Source: the human T2T-CHM13v2.0 reference genome, Homo sapiens. From it: a stretch of DNA of 64,000 nucleotides. Below, in pieces: positions 1 through 16,789 of this stretch. Every line of letters begins with the position of its first letter. Position 1 is the first letter of the stretch. The position numbers and the translations under genes were made by a program. Under the pieces are notes generated by a model. The model saw nothing but the letters and a program-made list of their open reading frames with translations, ran no database searches and was not told where the DNA came from. The stretch lies in assembly GCF_009914755.1 (NCBI RefSeq), contig NC_060947.1; one strand, 5' to 3'.

Positions 1-390
1 CTAGGAGGTGGGTATCATGAGGACCACATTACAGTTTATGTGACACAGTAACATGAAATAATTATAAATTATGACAATATTCAGTTTAAGAAATGCAAGA
101 TTGGTTTGTATTTGAAAGTAAATCCAATGTAATTGGTTTCATGAGATAAATCATATAAACATCTCAATATATGGCAAAAAATCTGATGAAATTTGTCACC
201 CTTCCATGATTTTTTAAAACACCTTTAAGAAAGCTAGTAAAAGAAGGAAACTTTAATCTTAAAAAAGTCTACAAAACAAACAAATCAAACTACAAAAGTT
301 ATTACAATTAGCAGTAAAATATTTAGACTTTCTTTTCCGAGATAAAAAGACAAGAATGCCTGCTATCACCATTTCACTCGTGATCTCATT

Positions 391-855
391 CTGTATTAAA
401 AATTACCACAAAACTTAGCCAGTTAAAACAGCAAACATTTATCATCTCACTGTTTCTGTGGGTCAGGAACCTATGAACACCTTAGTTGGGTGGTTCTGGC
501 TCAGTACGCCTCATGAGGTTGCAATTGAGCTGTCAGTGAAGTCTGCTGTCATCTGAAGCTTCAACTGAGACTGGAGTATTCATTCCCAAATTCACTTGGG
601 TGGTTGTTGGCTGTCTAGTCCTGAGTCTCCTCAGGACTTGGCAAGTGGCCCCGTTCAGAGCATGTGATCGAAGAAAAAAAAGAGGGCCCAAGATGAAAGC
701 TGCACTTTTCTATAAATCTCCAAGTGGATGTCATAACATACTGTATTCTATTGGTCACACAGCCAAACCCTGATACCATGTGGGAAAGGAGTATGCAAGG
801 GTCCAGGAGAAAGGGAGGCATGCAGAACCATTTTGGAGGCTGGTTACTAGAAACA
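391..855 (-). mobile_element. MLT1-type MaLR LTR (MLT1F-like), old
   Basis: Antisense MLT1 motifs 'aattaccacaaaacttagc..aaaacagcaaacatttatcatctcactgtttctgtgggtcaggaa' and terminal 'ccattttggaggctggttacta'. Confidence 0.75.
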
Positions 856-2371
856 CTGTTCTGGAGTCCTAGCCAGTGCAATAAGGAATGAAAAAATAAA
901 CAGTTATATAGATTATATTTATGATAATATAGTCAAAACCATGACTGCCACTAACAAAATAGATTGTGTTCAAAAACCATGAGGGAGCATTTTGGAGGTG
1001 ATGGAAATGTTCCAGAACTTGATTTAAGAGTTGATTATCCAGGTGTATACATTTGTCAAAACTTACCAAGTGTACAATTGAGAACTATATATTTTACTGT
1101 TTGCAAACAATACTTTAATAAAATAAAATGCTTACAATGGAATAAGCATTTGTTTGTTTTGCAAATTCTTACCTTTACCTTATAAAGTGGATTGATTTTA
1201 CATCATTTTTTCAGTTTCTAAAAAATTTGTATATTATCTGTTTTATGGAAATTGATGAAACTTGGTATAAAACCACCTTGACATGGTATTTGCTCGAGGA
1301 GATATTTGAGAACCAATTTAATTTCATCAATATTTCTTTATTCCAGTTCTGTGAAATACCTATCCATGCCTCACACAATTTTTATGATTTGCTATAAACC
1401 CATTACATCTACATTTTTGAATTTATTGGTGTTAGTTTAACGTTCTCAAGAATTTGAAAGATCTCTGCACTACATATAGTCATGTTACCTTTTTCTTGCT
1501 CAAAATATTTTGCATTTGTGAAACCTTTACTTGCTGTCAGTATTGGAAGACACTTGTATACTCTACTGTTATTTGTTTTATTGATTAATGCTATTGCTTT
1601 TTACTGTATCACTAATTTCTGTCCTTAACATTTCTTCCCTTTATTTTGGGGAGGTTTATTCTCATGCTTTACTAGCCTCAAGTTAAACACTCATCTCTTT
1701 TCTTTTAATAACATATTGCTCGTAATTAATATATTCAATGATATATATTTTTCTAAGAAATATTTTGCATCATCCCACAACATTAATAAATTGTATTTCA
1801 GTCGTAACTCAGTTCTAAATACTTAATGATTTCCTTTTTTAACACTTGAATTAATTAGGTGTGAGATTCAAATATATATACGTATATATTTTAATATATA
1901 CGTATATATATTAGACTATATATTTGTTTTCTTATTTATAATTACATTTTTATGGTAAGAGAATAATTTACAAAAATTGGTTCTTTGGAAATCAAGAGCA
2001 CTTCTGTGGCATAATATATATGCAATTCATAGAAATCTTTAATGCATGATTTAATAGAATGTATTTTCTCTATTCTTGCTTCCACTTCTTTGCTATTATG
2101 AATAGTGTTTCTATGAGTATATGTATATATATTAATGTATGTATATAAAAGTTCTGTGGTAAATAACTAGGAATGTGATTGCTGGATGATAAGGCTTCCA
2201 CATGCCCTGTTTGACTACACAATTTTAAACTGTTTACAAAAAAAGTTTTTACTTCCTGTTTGTCCACATTCTAACTTTATTTTCTTTACTTTTTTTTTTT
2301 ACATATTTAATAAACATAAAATTGCATTTAATTGTAATTTCATTTTGTTTCATTTTGGGGGGGTGGGTTTT

Positions 2372-2594
2372 TTTATTCTGAGATAGGGTCTCACTCTGTT
2401 GCCCAGGCTGGAGTGCAGTGGTGCGATCTCAGCTCAACGCAACATCCGCCTCCTGGGTTCAAGCGATTCTCCCACCTTAGCCTGTGAAGTAGCTGGGACT
2501 ACAGGCACATAGCACCATGCCTGGCTAATTTTTGTGTTTTTTTTGGTAGAGACAGGGTTTCACCATGTTGGCCAGGCTGGTTTCAAACTCCTGA
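2372..2594 (-). mobile_element. Alu, 5' end (about 70 nt) missing
   Basis: Antisense Alu 'gagatagggtctcactctgttgcccaggctggagtgcagtgg' that stops at 'caaactcctga'. Confidence 0.93.
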
Positions 2595-2607
2595 AACCAG
2601 GGGTTTC

Positions 2608-3147
2608 AGCCCCCCACCCCACAACAGGCCCCGGTATGTGATGTTCCCCTCCCTGAGTCCATGTGTTCTCATTGTTCAACTCCCACTTATGAGTGAGAAC
2701 ATGAAGTGTTTGGTTTTCTGTTCCTGTGTTAGTTTGCTGAGAATTATGGTTTCCAGCTTCATCCATGTCCCTGAAAAGGACATGAACCCATCCTTTTTTA
2801 TGGCTGCATAGTATTCCATGGTGTATACGTGCCACATTTTCTTTATCCAGTCTATCATTGATGGGCATTTTGCTATCCCCATCAAACTACCATTGACTTT
2901 CTTCACAGAATTAGAAAAAACTACTTTAAATTTCATATAGAACCAAAAAAGAGCCCACATAGCCAAGACAATCCTAAGCAAAAAGAACAAAGCTGGAGGC
3001 ATCACACTACACAACTTCAAACTATACTACAAGGCTACAATAACCAAAACAACATGGTACTGTTACCAAAACAGATACATAGACCAATGGAACAGAACAG
3101 AGGCCTCAGCAATAAGACAACACATCCACAACCGTCTGATCTTTGAC
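2608..3147. mobile_element. L1PA fragment with internal inversion (3'UTR on minus to about 2868, ORF2 piece on plus about 2870-3147); 3' terminus and polyA absent
   Basis: Antisense 3'UTR 'cccacaacaggccccggtatgtgatgttcccctccc' then sense ORF2 'gctatccccatcaaactaccattgac...ctgatctttgac'. Confidence 0.88.
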
Positions 3148-5339
3148 TAAGCTCTTCTTATTAGATATGACATAAATATCTAGTTCCAGTTTGTATAATG
3201 TCTTTTTGCTTTCTTTTTAATGGAAAAATGTTTTTAGTGTTAATAGTCTTATTTCTAAAAGTTTTCATTTACATTTTACACTTTGTGTTTATTTTAAAAA
3301 TCCATCTCTTAATCTATTTATTGAGATAATAAGCACATTCTTTTATATTGCTTTGCTTTTTAAATTTTATTTTGATATAATTTTATATTATATAAACAAT
3401 TATCAATAAAAGGAAATTAACATTGTTTCCATACTATTGTCAAAACTACAGATTTCATCAGTTGACCCAAGGATGTCCTTTATTACAAAAAAGAAATCCT
3501 GGGTCATGTGTGGCATTCAGTTGTCACCTTCCTTTAGTTACCTTAATTTGGACTAGTTCCTCAGTCTTTTTTTTCCTTCTAAATTTAACTGTTTTGACTT
3601 ACCCATTTAAGTTTTTAATTTATCTGAAAATGACTTTTGTACAAAGTGTAGGGAAAGCATACTATTTTCTTCCATATATATGTAATCAATTGTTCCATCA
3701 CTATTTACTGAAGAGTGTTTCCTTTACCTAATGGCCTGCAATGTTTGCTCTTTCATAAATCAAGTTCCATAGACATGAGGATTATATTTAAATATCTTCA
3801 TTCTCCTATTTTATCCCTGAACAAATTCCCTTCCCTGAACAAATTCCATGCAATCTTATAACTTAATATTTATAATAAGACTTATTATACGGGAGAGCAA
3901 TTTATCTAGCTTCTTCAAAAAGAAGCAATGTTAGTTGGGCATTTGCTTTTTCTGTATGACATTTTTAAAATTAGCAAGTCAAATTCCATAAAAAGCTTTG
4001 GAATTTTAATTAGTACTATGCTGAATTTAATTATAAATTTGGAGAGTTGGCATCTTTAAAATACTGAATCTTCCTACTCATTTACTTAGGGCTTTTTACA
4101 TGTCTTTTAAAAAATGTTATAATTTTCCACATTAAGGCTAAGACATTTTTTGTTAGATTTATTTGTAAATACTTCTCATTTTAGTTGCAATTATATATTT
4201 TATCATTTATTTAATTGTTTTTCTGATTATTTTTTAAAAATAGAAATGCAATTGACTTTTGGCTGTTGATTATGTGCCCAACAAACTTTCTTAGCTCTGT
4301 CATGCATTTAATCATTTGTTTATGCATTCGAGTTTTCTCCATTGCCAATTGCATTATTTGCCAAACAATTCTTTTCTTTTCTTTACAATTCATATATATG
4401 TGACTCCTTGTCCTTACCTTACTTTATGGTTATTATGTCTACTACATTGTTAAAACATATCAGTAATGGCTGACAACCTTTGTTCTTTATCATAAAGTTT
4501 CAAAATTTCATCAAGTATGACATGTTCTCTAATTTATTTTAGGAGATACTCTTTGCAAGATTAAGAATTTTCTGGTAATAATTCCCTAAGAGTTTTTAGC
4601 ATGAATGAATGTTGAGTTTTATCAAATAACTTTTCTGGATATATTCGGATTATTATTTTACCAGATATATCAGATTATTATTTTATCAATTAATTTACAT
4701 TAATTCCTTTTTTATATTAAACCAACTTTACATCCAAGAACTACCACAGGAACATACCAGGAAAGCTAAGAGAACCCACAGACCCTTTGAAGGAACTGGA
4801 TAGCCACGGCAGGCTCCCTGAGATGTGGAAAAACTGTGAGTCTGCCTACCCTTTATCAGCATGGAGGCCAGTGGTCTGGGGCAAGTCCTCAGTCCTGGCC
4901 ACTGGCTGCCTGGAAATAGACTCCTTGCTGTTGGCAGGGGCACAGTGTGAGTGAGACTAGCTTTTAAGACTGTGGGCTGCATGGGAAAGGGGTGAGGCCT
5001 GTGACTGCTGGCTTTCTGCCACTTCCTTCGCAACCTATACGACTCAGCAGAGGGAGGCATAATCCTCCTAGGAACATAACTCCAATGGCCTGGGAACCAT
5101 ACCCCATTCCCCACAGCAGCCACAGCAAGCTCTGCCTAAGGAGAGTCTGAGCTCAGGCATGCTTATCCCTGGCCCCACCTGGTGTTCTTTCTCTACCTGC
5201 CCTGGTTGCTGAAGACAAAGGACATAATCTCTTGGAAACTGTATGACCCCTCCCACTCACTGAGAAACCAGAATACTTAACCAGGTGACCCTAGGGCAAG
5301 TCTACATCCTCCGTATTATACCATAGGTGATGCACTCTT

Positions 5340-7050
<1,711 letters not shown>

Positions 7051-10000
7051 ATGCACTCTTGAAAGTGTCACCTCCTAGCTGGAGGTCAACCAACACAAAA
7101 CCGGCAAACTAAACAATAATACAACCAAGGACCTTCACAGAGCTCACTTCACTCCTCTGCTATTTCCACCAGAGCAGGTGCTGGTATCCATGGCTGACAG
7201 ACCTGAAGACAGATCACATCACAGGACTCTTTGTAGACACCCCCCAGTACCAGCCCAGATCCCGGTAGCTCTGCTGGGTGGATAGATCCAGAAGAGCAAA
7301 AACAATCACTGCAGTTTGGCTCTCAGGAAGTCCCTTCCCTAGGGGAAGTGGGAGAACACCACACTAAGGGAACACTCCGTGGGACAAAAGAATCTGAACA
7401 GCAGCCCTTGAGTCCCAGATCTTCCTTCTGACATAGCCTACCCAAGTGAGAAGAAACCAGAAAAACAATTCTGGTAATATGACACAACAGGGTTCTTTAA
7501 CATGCCCAAAGATCACACCAGCACACCAGTGATGGATCCAAACGTAGACGAAATCTCTGAATTGCTAGAAAAAGAATTCAGAATGTTAATTATCAAGCTA
7601 ATCAAGGAGGCACCAGAGAAAGGTGAAGTCCAACTTAAAGAAACCAAAAACATGATACAGGATATGAAAGAAAAAATCTTCGGTGAAATATATAGCCTAA
7701 ATAAAAACCAATCACAACTCCTGGAAATCAAGGACACACTTAGAGAAATGCAGAAAGCACTGGAAAGTCTAAAAAATAGAATCAAACAAGATGAAGAAAA
7801 AACTTCAGGGCTCAAAGATGAGGCTTTTGAATTAACCCAATCCATCAAAAAAAATAATTTTAAAAAATGAACAAAGCCTCCAAGTTTGGGACTATGTTAG
7901 GCATCCAAACCTAAGAATAATTTGTGTTCCTGAGGAAAAAGAGAAATCTAAAAGTTTGGAAAACATATTTGAGGGAATAATCAAGGAAAACTTCCCCAGC
8001 CTTGCTAGAGATCTAAACATCCAAATATAGGAAACTCAAAGAACATCTGAGAAATTCATCTTGAAAAAATTGTGGCCTAGGCACATAGTTGCCAGGTTAT
8101 CTAAAGTCAAGAAGAAGGAAGAATCTTAAGATTTGTGAGGCAAAAGCATCCTATAAAAAAAATTCTATCACAGTAACAGCAGATTTCTCAACAGAACCCC
8201 TACAAGCTAGAATTGCGGCCCTATTTTGAGCCTTCTGAAACAAAACAATTATCAGCCAAGAGTTTGTATCCAGTGAAACTAAGTTTCATACCTGAAGGAA
8301 AGATACAGTCTTTTCCAGACAAACAAATGCTGATATAATTCTCCGCTACCAACCCAGCACTATAAAAAATGCTAAAAGGAGCTCTAAATCTTGAGACAAA
8401 TCTTCAGAATAAACCAAAATAGAACCTCCTTAAAGCATAACTCTTACAGGACCTATGTAACAATAACACAATGAAAAAAAACCAACAAGGTATTCAGGCA
8501 ATAAATAATACAACGAATGGAATTAGTACCTCACATCTCAATACTAACATTGAATATAAATGGCCTAAATGCTCCCCTTAAAAGATATAGAATAGCAGAA
8601 TGGATAAGAATTCACCAACCAAGTTTTTGCTATCTTCAGGAGACTCACCTAACACATAAGGACTCATATAAACTTCAGGTAAAGGGTGGAAAAAGATACT
8701 CCATGCAAAAAGACAACAAAACTGAGCAGGAGTAGTTATCTTTGTATCAGCAAAACAAACTTTAAAGCAACAGCAGTTAAAAAAGACAAAGAGGGACATT
8801 ATATAATGATAAAAGAAAAGGACTAGTCCAACAGGAAAATATTACAATCATATATATATATATATATACACCTAACAATGGAGCTTCCAAATTTGCAAAA
8901 CAATTACTACCAGACCTAAGAATTGAAAAAGATGGCAACACAATAATAGTGGGGGAATCTAATACTCCACTGACAGCAATAGACAGGTCATCGAGACAGA
9001 AAATCAACAAAGAAATAATGGACTTAAACTATAACAAATCTACTTAAAAGATACTTAAAGAACATTCTATCCAACAACTGTAGAATATACATTTTATTCA
9101 TCAGTACATGGCATATTCTCCAAGGTAGACCATGTAATAGATTAAAAAACAAGTCTCAGTAAATTTAAGAAAATCAAAATTATATCAAGTACTCTGTCAG
9201 TGGAATAAAATTGGAAATCAACTCCAAAAGGAACCCTCAAAACCATGCAAATACATGGAAATTAAATAACCTGCTCCTGAATGATCATTGGATCAATAAT
9301 GAAATTAAGATGGAAATTAAAAAATTCTTTGAACCAAATGATAATAGTGACAAAACCTATTCAAAACGTCTGGGATACAGCAAAAGCTATGCTAAGTGGA
9401 AAGTTCATAGCATTAAATACCTGCATCAAAAAGTCTAAAAGGGTACACATAGACAATCTAAGGTCACACCTCATGGAACTGGAGAAACAAAAACAATTCA
9501 AATTTAAACCAGCAGAAAAAAAAAGAAATATTAAAGATCAGAGCAGATATAAATGAAATTGAGAGAAACAAACAAAAATACAAAAGATAAATGAAACAAA
9601 AAGCTGGTTCTTTGAAAAGATAAATAAAATTGATAGACATTTAGCAAGAATAATCAACAAAAAAAGAGAGAAGCTCCAAATAAGCTCAATTAGAAATTAA
9701 ATGGGCGATACTACTACTGATACCACAGAAATACAAAAGATTATTCAAGGCTACTTTGAACATCTTTACATGCATAAACTAGAAAACCTACAGGAGATGG
9801 AAAAATTTCTGGAAATATGCAACCCTCTTAGATTAAACCAGAAATATATAGAAACTCTGAATAGACAAATAACAAGCAGTGACATTGAAATGGTAACAAA
9901 AAAACAATTGCCAACAACAAAAAAAGCCTGGGAACAGACAGACTCACAGGTGCATTCTATCAGACATTCAAAGAAGAATTGGTACCAATCCTATTGACAC

Positions 10001-12130
10001 TATTACAAAAGACAGAGAAAGAGGGAATCCTCTCCAACTACTTCTGTGAAGCCAGTATCACCCTAATAAAGGATGTAACAAAAACAGGAAACTACAGACC
10101 AATATCCCTGAAGAACATAGATGCAAAAATTCTCAACAAAATACTGGCTTACTGAATCCAACATCATATCAAAAAGATAATTCACCATAATCAAGTAGGT
10201 TTCATACCAGGGATGCAGGGATAGTTTAACACCCAAAAGTCAATAAATGTGATGCACCATATAAATGGAATTAAAAACAAAAATCACATAATATAAATAG
10301 ATGCAGAAAAGCATGAGACAAAATCCAGCATCCTTTTATGATTAAAACCCTCAGCAAAATTGGCATAAAAAAGACATACCTTAAAGTAATAAAAACCACC
10401 TATGACAAACCCACAGTCAACATTATACTGAACAGGGAAATGTTGAAAGCATTACCCCTGAGAACTGGAACAAGACAAGGATGCCCACATTCACCACTTC
10501 TATTCAACATAGTACTGGAAGACCTAGTCAGAGCAAACAGGCAAAATAAAGAAATCAAAGGCATCCAAGTTGGTAAAGAGAAAGTGAAACTGTCACAGTT
10601 TGTTGATAATATAACAGTATACCTAGAAAACCCTAAAGACTCATCAAAAATGCTCCTAGAACTGGTAAATAAATTCAGCAAAGTTTCAGAATACAAAATT
10701 AATGTACACAAATCAGTAGCTCTGCTGAACACCAGCAGAGACCAAGCTGAGAATCAAATTAATAACTCAAGCCCTTTTAAAATAGCTGCAAAAAATAACC
10801 TTAGGAATATACCTAAGGAGGTGAAATTCCACTACAAGAAAAATTACAAAATACTGCTGAAAAAATAATAGATGACACAAACAAATGGAAACACATCCCA
10901 TGCTCATGTATGGGTAGAGTCAATATTGTGAAAATGACCATACTGCCAAAAGCAACCTACAAATTCTATGCAATTCTCATCAAAATGCCACCGTCATTCC
11001 TCACAGAACTAGAAAAAAAACTTCTAAAATTCATATGGAACGAAAATAGAGCCCACATAGGCAAAGCAATAGTAAGCAAAAAGAACAAATCTGGAGGCAT
11101 CACATTACCCAACTTCAAACTATACTTTAAGGCCATAGTCACCAAAACAGCATGGTACTGGTATGAAAAATAGGCACATAGAAGAATGGAACAGAATAGA
11201 GAACCCAGAAATAAAGCCAAATACTTAGAGCCAACTGATCTTCAACAAAGCAAACAAAAGCATAAAGTGGGGGAAAAGACACCCTATTCAACAAATGGTG
11301 CTGGGAAAATTTGCCTAGCCAGCCACATGTAGAAGAATGAAACTGGATCCTCATCTCTCACCTTACACAAAAATCAACTCAAAATGGATCAAATACCTAA
11401 ATTTAAGACTTGAAACCATAAACATCCTAGAAGATAACATCAGAAAAACCCTTCTAGACATTGGCTTAGGCAAAGACTTCATGACCCAAAAGCAAATGCA
11501 ACAGAAACAAAGACAAATAGTGGGACTTAATTAAAGTAAAAAGCTTCTGCACAGCAAAAGAAATAAGCAGCAGAGTTAACAGACAACCCACAGAGCGGGA
11601 GAAAATCTTTACATTCTATACATCTGACAAAGTACTAATATACAGAATCTACAAAGAACTCAAATCAGCATGAAAAAACAAAACAAACAAACAAGCCCAT
11701 TAAAAAGTGGGCTAAGGATATGAACAAACAATTCTCAAAAGAATATATACAAATGGCAAACAAGCACATGGAAAAATGTTCCACATCACTAATTATCAGA
11801 AAAATGCAAACCAAAACCACAATGCAAAACTCCCTTACTCCTGCAAGAAAGGCCATAATAAAAAAATCAAAAAATAATAGATGTTGGCATAGATGTGGGA
11901 AAAAGGGAACACTTTTACACTGTTGGTGGAAATATAAACTAGTACAACCACTATGGAAAACAGTGTGGAGATTCTTTAAAGAAGTAAAAGTAAATCTACC
12001 ATTTGATCCAGCAATCCCACTACTAGGTATCTACCCAGAGGAAAATAAATCATTATACAAAAAAAGATACTTGCACAAACATGTTTATAGCAGCACAATT
12101 TGCAATTTCAAAAATATGGAACCGGTCCAA

Positions 12131-12214
12131 ATGTCCATCAATTAATGAGTGGATAAAGAAAATGTGATATATATGTCCATCAATTAATGAGTGGATAAAG
12201 AAAATGTGATATAT
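12131..12214 (+). repeat. Perfect 42-bp tandem duplication inside L1PB
   Basis: atgtccatcaattaatgagtggataaagaaaatgtgatatat at 12131-12172 and 12173-12214. Confidence 0.95.
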
Positions 12215-12819
12215 ATGTATACCATGGAATACTACTCAGTCATAAAAAGGAAGAAAATAATGTCATTTGCATTATAGCAACCTGGATGGAATTGGAGACT
12301 ATTATTCTAAGTGAAGTAACTCAGAACGTAAATCCCAACATCATATGTTCTCACTCATAAGTGAGAGCTAAGCTATGAGGACACAAAGGCATAAGAATGA
12401 TAAAATAGACTTTGGGGACTTGGTGGAAAGCGTGGGGGGGGGGTGAGGAATAAAGGACTACACATTGGGTACAGCATACGCTGCTTGAATAATGGGTGCA
12501 CCAAAATCTCAGAAATCATCACTAAAGATCTTATTCATGTAACCAAACACCACCTGTTCCCTCAAAACCTTTTGAAATAAAAAATATTACTTAAAAATGT
12601 TATATAATTTAATTCTTAATAGTGGCTATATTTAACAGTTAGCTCATACACATACCACATACAAAAGAAGTTCATCTTCCTATGTTAATCCCAAATTAGT
12701 CATGATGTAGTACATTTTTTTTTACATCTTTTGTTGGATTTCATTCCTCTGTAATTTAAGATTCTTTGTATCTGTGTTGTTGGTTACTTTCACCTATAAA
12801 TGTAATAGATAGGGTACAA

Positions 12820-13260
12820 CATAATGTACTATAACAAACATTGCCAGAAAATATAGTGGTTTAAATGAAATAAAATAGAGATTCATTTTTCTCCAACTTA
12901 GTAGTATAGATGTAGGTGATAGCTTTGCTCTACCATGTCAAAACACAGCTTCCTTCTTTGGGCCCAAACTGTCTCTCTTCTAGTTCTTGCTATCCTACCC
13001 ACATTCCAGTCTGTAAAAAAGGAGAAAAATGAATCCATGCCCCCTTTTTTAGATCACTACCGGGAGGTGACACAAAAAAACCCTGTTCATATGTCATTAA
13101 CCAGAAATTAGTCATGTAGCTACACCTAGCTGCAAGGGAGGACCAAGGAATGTAGTTGCCTTCTAGGAAGTCATGTGCCCAGCTAAAGCTGGGGAGTTCT
13201 GTTGTCATAAGAAGAAGAGAAGAAAAGATACTGATGGACAACTAGAAGTTATTGACATAA
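12820..13260 (-). mobile_element. Old MLT1 (MLT1J/K-like) LTR
   Basis: 'ccagaaattagtcatgtagctacacctagctgcaagggaggaccaaggaatgtagt' is a typical antisense MLT1J/K motif. Confidence 0.65.
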
Positions 13261-14121
13261 TTTTCTTTCTTTTATCCTCCTTATCTAGCTTTGATATCGA
13301 AGTTATGCTAGTCTCATAAAATGAGTTAGAAATGGCTCCTTATTTTTGATTATCTAGAAGAGGTTGCTTAATATGGTGTTTAAATATTTTGATTAAGTTC
13401 TCCTATAAAGCCAACCGAGCATGCTGTATTCTTTGTAGAAAGATTTTAAAATATTGATCCTATTTCTTTGATATAAACCATTGATGATTTCTGTTTCATC
13501 TTAAGTCACTTTTGGTAAGATATCATCCTAATCATGTAGTTTTCAAGTGTATTGGTATAAGGTTTTAAAAAATTTTTTCTTTCTTTAGTAATCTCTAAAA
13601 TATCTATAGTTTTTCCCTTTTTATTTATGATACTTATTGGTTGTGACTTTTATGTCTATCATAATTAACCATACAAAAAACTTGAAAATTTAATTGATAT
13701 TTTCTAAAATCCATCTTTTGGTTTTGTTGATTCTCTCCCTTGAATGATTATTTCCCTTTTCATGGATACTTTGTATTTTTAATTCTTTTTACTGTCTTGG
13801 GTAATATTCTTCCTTTTCAAATTAACTTCTCTCTATGCTCAGCTAATTAATATCAAAGTGTTCTTCATTTGTAACGTAAACATTTCTAGGGGGAAAATAA
13901 CCCCCGCAGACTTTTAGCTGGAATGAGCCCCTGTGACAAAAGACAAACTGACCAGAGAAAAACAAAAATAATTTTGATAATATATACATTTTATATATAC
14001 ACAGAAGACACACAGAGAATGAGTAGTGCTCAAAAAGGTAACTTTGAATTCCAGCTTATATTATTTACTTACTTAATAATTTTTATTCTTTCTTATATCT
14101 CCTTGAAAATTTTTAAAAATT

Positions 14122-14245
14122 TGATTTAATTTTATTTTAAGTTCCAGGTTACAAGTGAAGGACATGTAGGTTTGTTACAAAGGTAAGCATGTACCATGTT
14201 GGTTTGCTGCACCTGTCAAACTATTACCTGGGTATTAAGCCCTGC
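14122..14245 (-). mobile_element. L1PA extreme 3' end fragment
   Basis: 'tttattttaagttccaggttacaagtgaaggacatgtaggtttgttaca...ggtattaagccc'. Confidence 0.8.
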
Positions 14246-16221
14246 TCCTTGAAGATTTTTAATAGGCTTATTCAATTTTACTTTTTTGAAAATTGTTCTG
14301 TTTTTGTCCGTGTTTTTTAAATGTAAAAGACTCCCATCTGTTAAGATCAGGTTTTGACATTTTCAGTCGTAGTCTGGCTCAATTTCAGTAATCGGTTGTG
14401 ATTTTTAGTTAATAAGCTCAGTTTTTGCGATAGTTTTTAAAACTGTCTTTTGTGATAGTTTTAATATGTGTGTGTGTGTGAATGTGTTTTCCTTTTGTGA
14501 GCCCAACGCTCCATCTTTGATGATTTGAGAGTCATAATTACATTGTCCACTTGGGTTACTGTTTCAGAACCAGGTTTTCTGTTCATAGCTAAGAGTTCTC
14601 ATCTTATCAGCATATCATAAGCAGCTTGACCCAACCTGCTTGCTTGGCTGTTTCTGCTTACACCCGTCACCCTAGGTAAGAGTGCATTATTGGCTGAGGC
14701 CCCATGTTGCAGGTGAAATTTTTTTAATCTTAATTTATGTGTGGGATACCCCTGTGAGTGGGGACCCTCAGTGAGTGTGTGGGTGGGATCATGCTCTTGA
14801 TGTAGGGCCTTTATCATGTATGCTATTGCCCTTTTGAAACAAGAATCAGAGCCATCTTTGCTTGGTTTTGTTCCTGGAGCCTAGAAAGACCCTTGCTCAA
14901 GTCCTCATTTATTACTGATTTTACTGCTTAATTGCTGGTCCATGGAGATGGTTACCTAATTTTTAATTATGAGTGAATTTTAAATTATTTGAGAATATTT
15001 TATCTATCATTATTCTGTGTTGAGAGTAGTAGAGAGTGGGACTTTATAAAAATTCCCAAGTCCATCTTGACTTAATATTTACTTTATGATATACAGATGA
15101 ATAAAAGCAGGTATTTACAGAATAACAATTATAATGTAATCTTACTTTTTATAAAATTATGCATGCAAACTCATACACTTATATGTGAGTACATGTTATC
15201 CAACTCCAGCCTGCCCTTCCCCTTCCCCAATGTATTCTTTAAACTGTCTCCAAAATGATCTTGTAAAAATTAGACATTAGATAAATATTATTGAAATTGA
15301 ATTGTTCAAGCTATCTGTGCCATTTCCATAAATCCTAACATAGGACTTCCACTTTTTTTCTAATCACCTTGGAATATATTACCAAATGTTCCTCTTGAGC
15401 ACTTTGCCTTCAACTAGTTACTATGTCTTGGATCTATGCTAGCAAACTCGTTTCATTTAAGTTTTCACTTTTGAAACTAATCTTCTCTGCAAGCATAATC
15501 ACCTATTATTTTGCTATTTATTCTGTGTCACAGAATTTATTTGTTTATTCTGTATAACATAGTTTTTCTGCCACACAGTGTCCCAGTATCCACTTTATGC
15601 TTTGGCATTATATTTTCAGCAAACGGTTGCAGAGAAATTTCATAGATTGTCCAGAAATAATTGAGCTACAAGTTATGTATTTATTGCTCTGTAATATTAA
15701 GAACACCAGAATTGAGTCTGGCCTAACTATTAAATAAGGGGAACACCACATACTTGTATTGCTTTCTGGTGCTGTGCATATTGCCTGTGCTCTGAATTGA
15801 AGTCTGTTTTTCCTTATAAGATTTATTTTTCTGATGGCAATTATATTTAACAAGCACAGTTTTTTGCAAGTGTGTCATTTACTTTTTTATAATAATAATA
15901 ATCTGGCTTATAGTTTAAAACATTAGCTAATATTGTGAGATGCAGTCCCTGGTTTCCTTTTATTGTTGTTTACTGTTCTGTTGGTATTCATTTTGCAACC
16001 ATTGGCCACTTACAAAGTAGCTACAAAGTTGTTTACTAGTTTTCCCAAAAGTACTCCCCAAAATGTTAGTATTGTTATGATCTCCATCTTACAGATAGAC
16101 TTTCAAAAGGTTAATAAATTTTCCCAAAGTAATACAGTAAGTCGTGGAATTGGGATTCAAACTCCAGGAACCAAGCTAGCAAGTACTATGAATTCTAATT
16201 TGACGTTTTTCCTGGACTAAC

Positions 16222-16388
16222 TTCGGGTGTCGATTATTAACAGACTTCTCTGATAAAGTTCACAAATTGCTGTCACAGCCATGCCGTGGCTATCATTAGT
16301 TTGATTCTTTGAACCACAAGATTTCCAAGTATCTTTATCTTTTGATGAAGGTGTTGAAATCTCAAGTTGTACTAACGTCATGAGGTTT
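16222..16388 (-). pseudogene. Candidate exon remnant (167 nt)
   Basis: ttgattgttggttccAG | ... GAA | GTTAGT; one frame reads YNLRFQHLHQKIKILGNLVVQRIKLMIATAWL*QQFVNFIREVC, another frame is fully open, so the frame is ambiguous. Confidence 0.4.
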
Positions 16389-16789
16389 CTGGAACCAACA
16401 ATCAATAAGGAATAATGCCTTCTGTTGAGATGCTCACAATCGGTGGGCAGAAAAAGACATGTAAGCAGATAATTACAGCCAAAAAAAAAATGGTAAGTAC
16501 TATTACATTGATATTAACAAGATGTAACTGGAAGGACAGAAAAACTAATTGTGTCACTGAAAATTGGACAAGACTTCAAGAGAAGAGTTATTATTTAACT
16601 AGGTTTGAAAGAAGAGTAAGGTTTGCCAGCTCACGAAAGGGACAAAGACATTTCAGGCAGACATAATTATACGCCATTACGTGTGAAAATGCATGCTTTC
16701 TATGCTATACCGAGAACTATTTCAGTGCTGGCTCTCTAAGATCGTCTTAGCGTGAAATTTAGAGTTCTGGGCTAATGAATTTAACCCAC

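Noticed and set aside
1869-1922. Duplicated palindromic tatatacgtatata
   Set aside because: Degenerate (TA)n simple repeat
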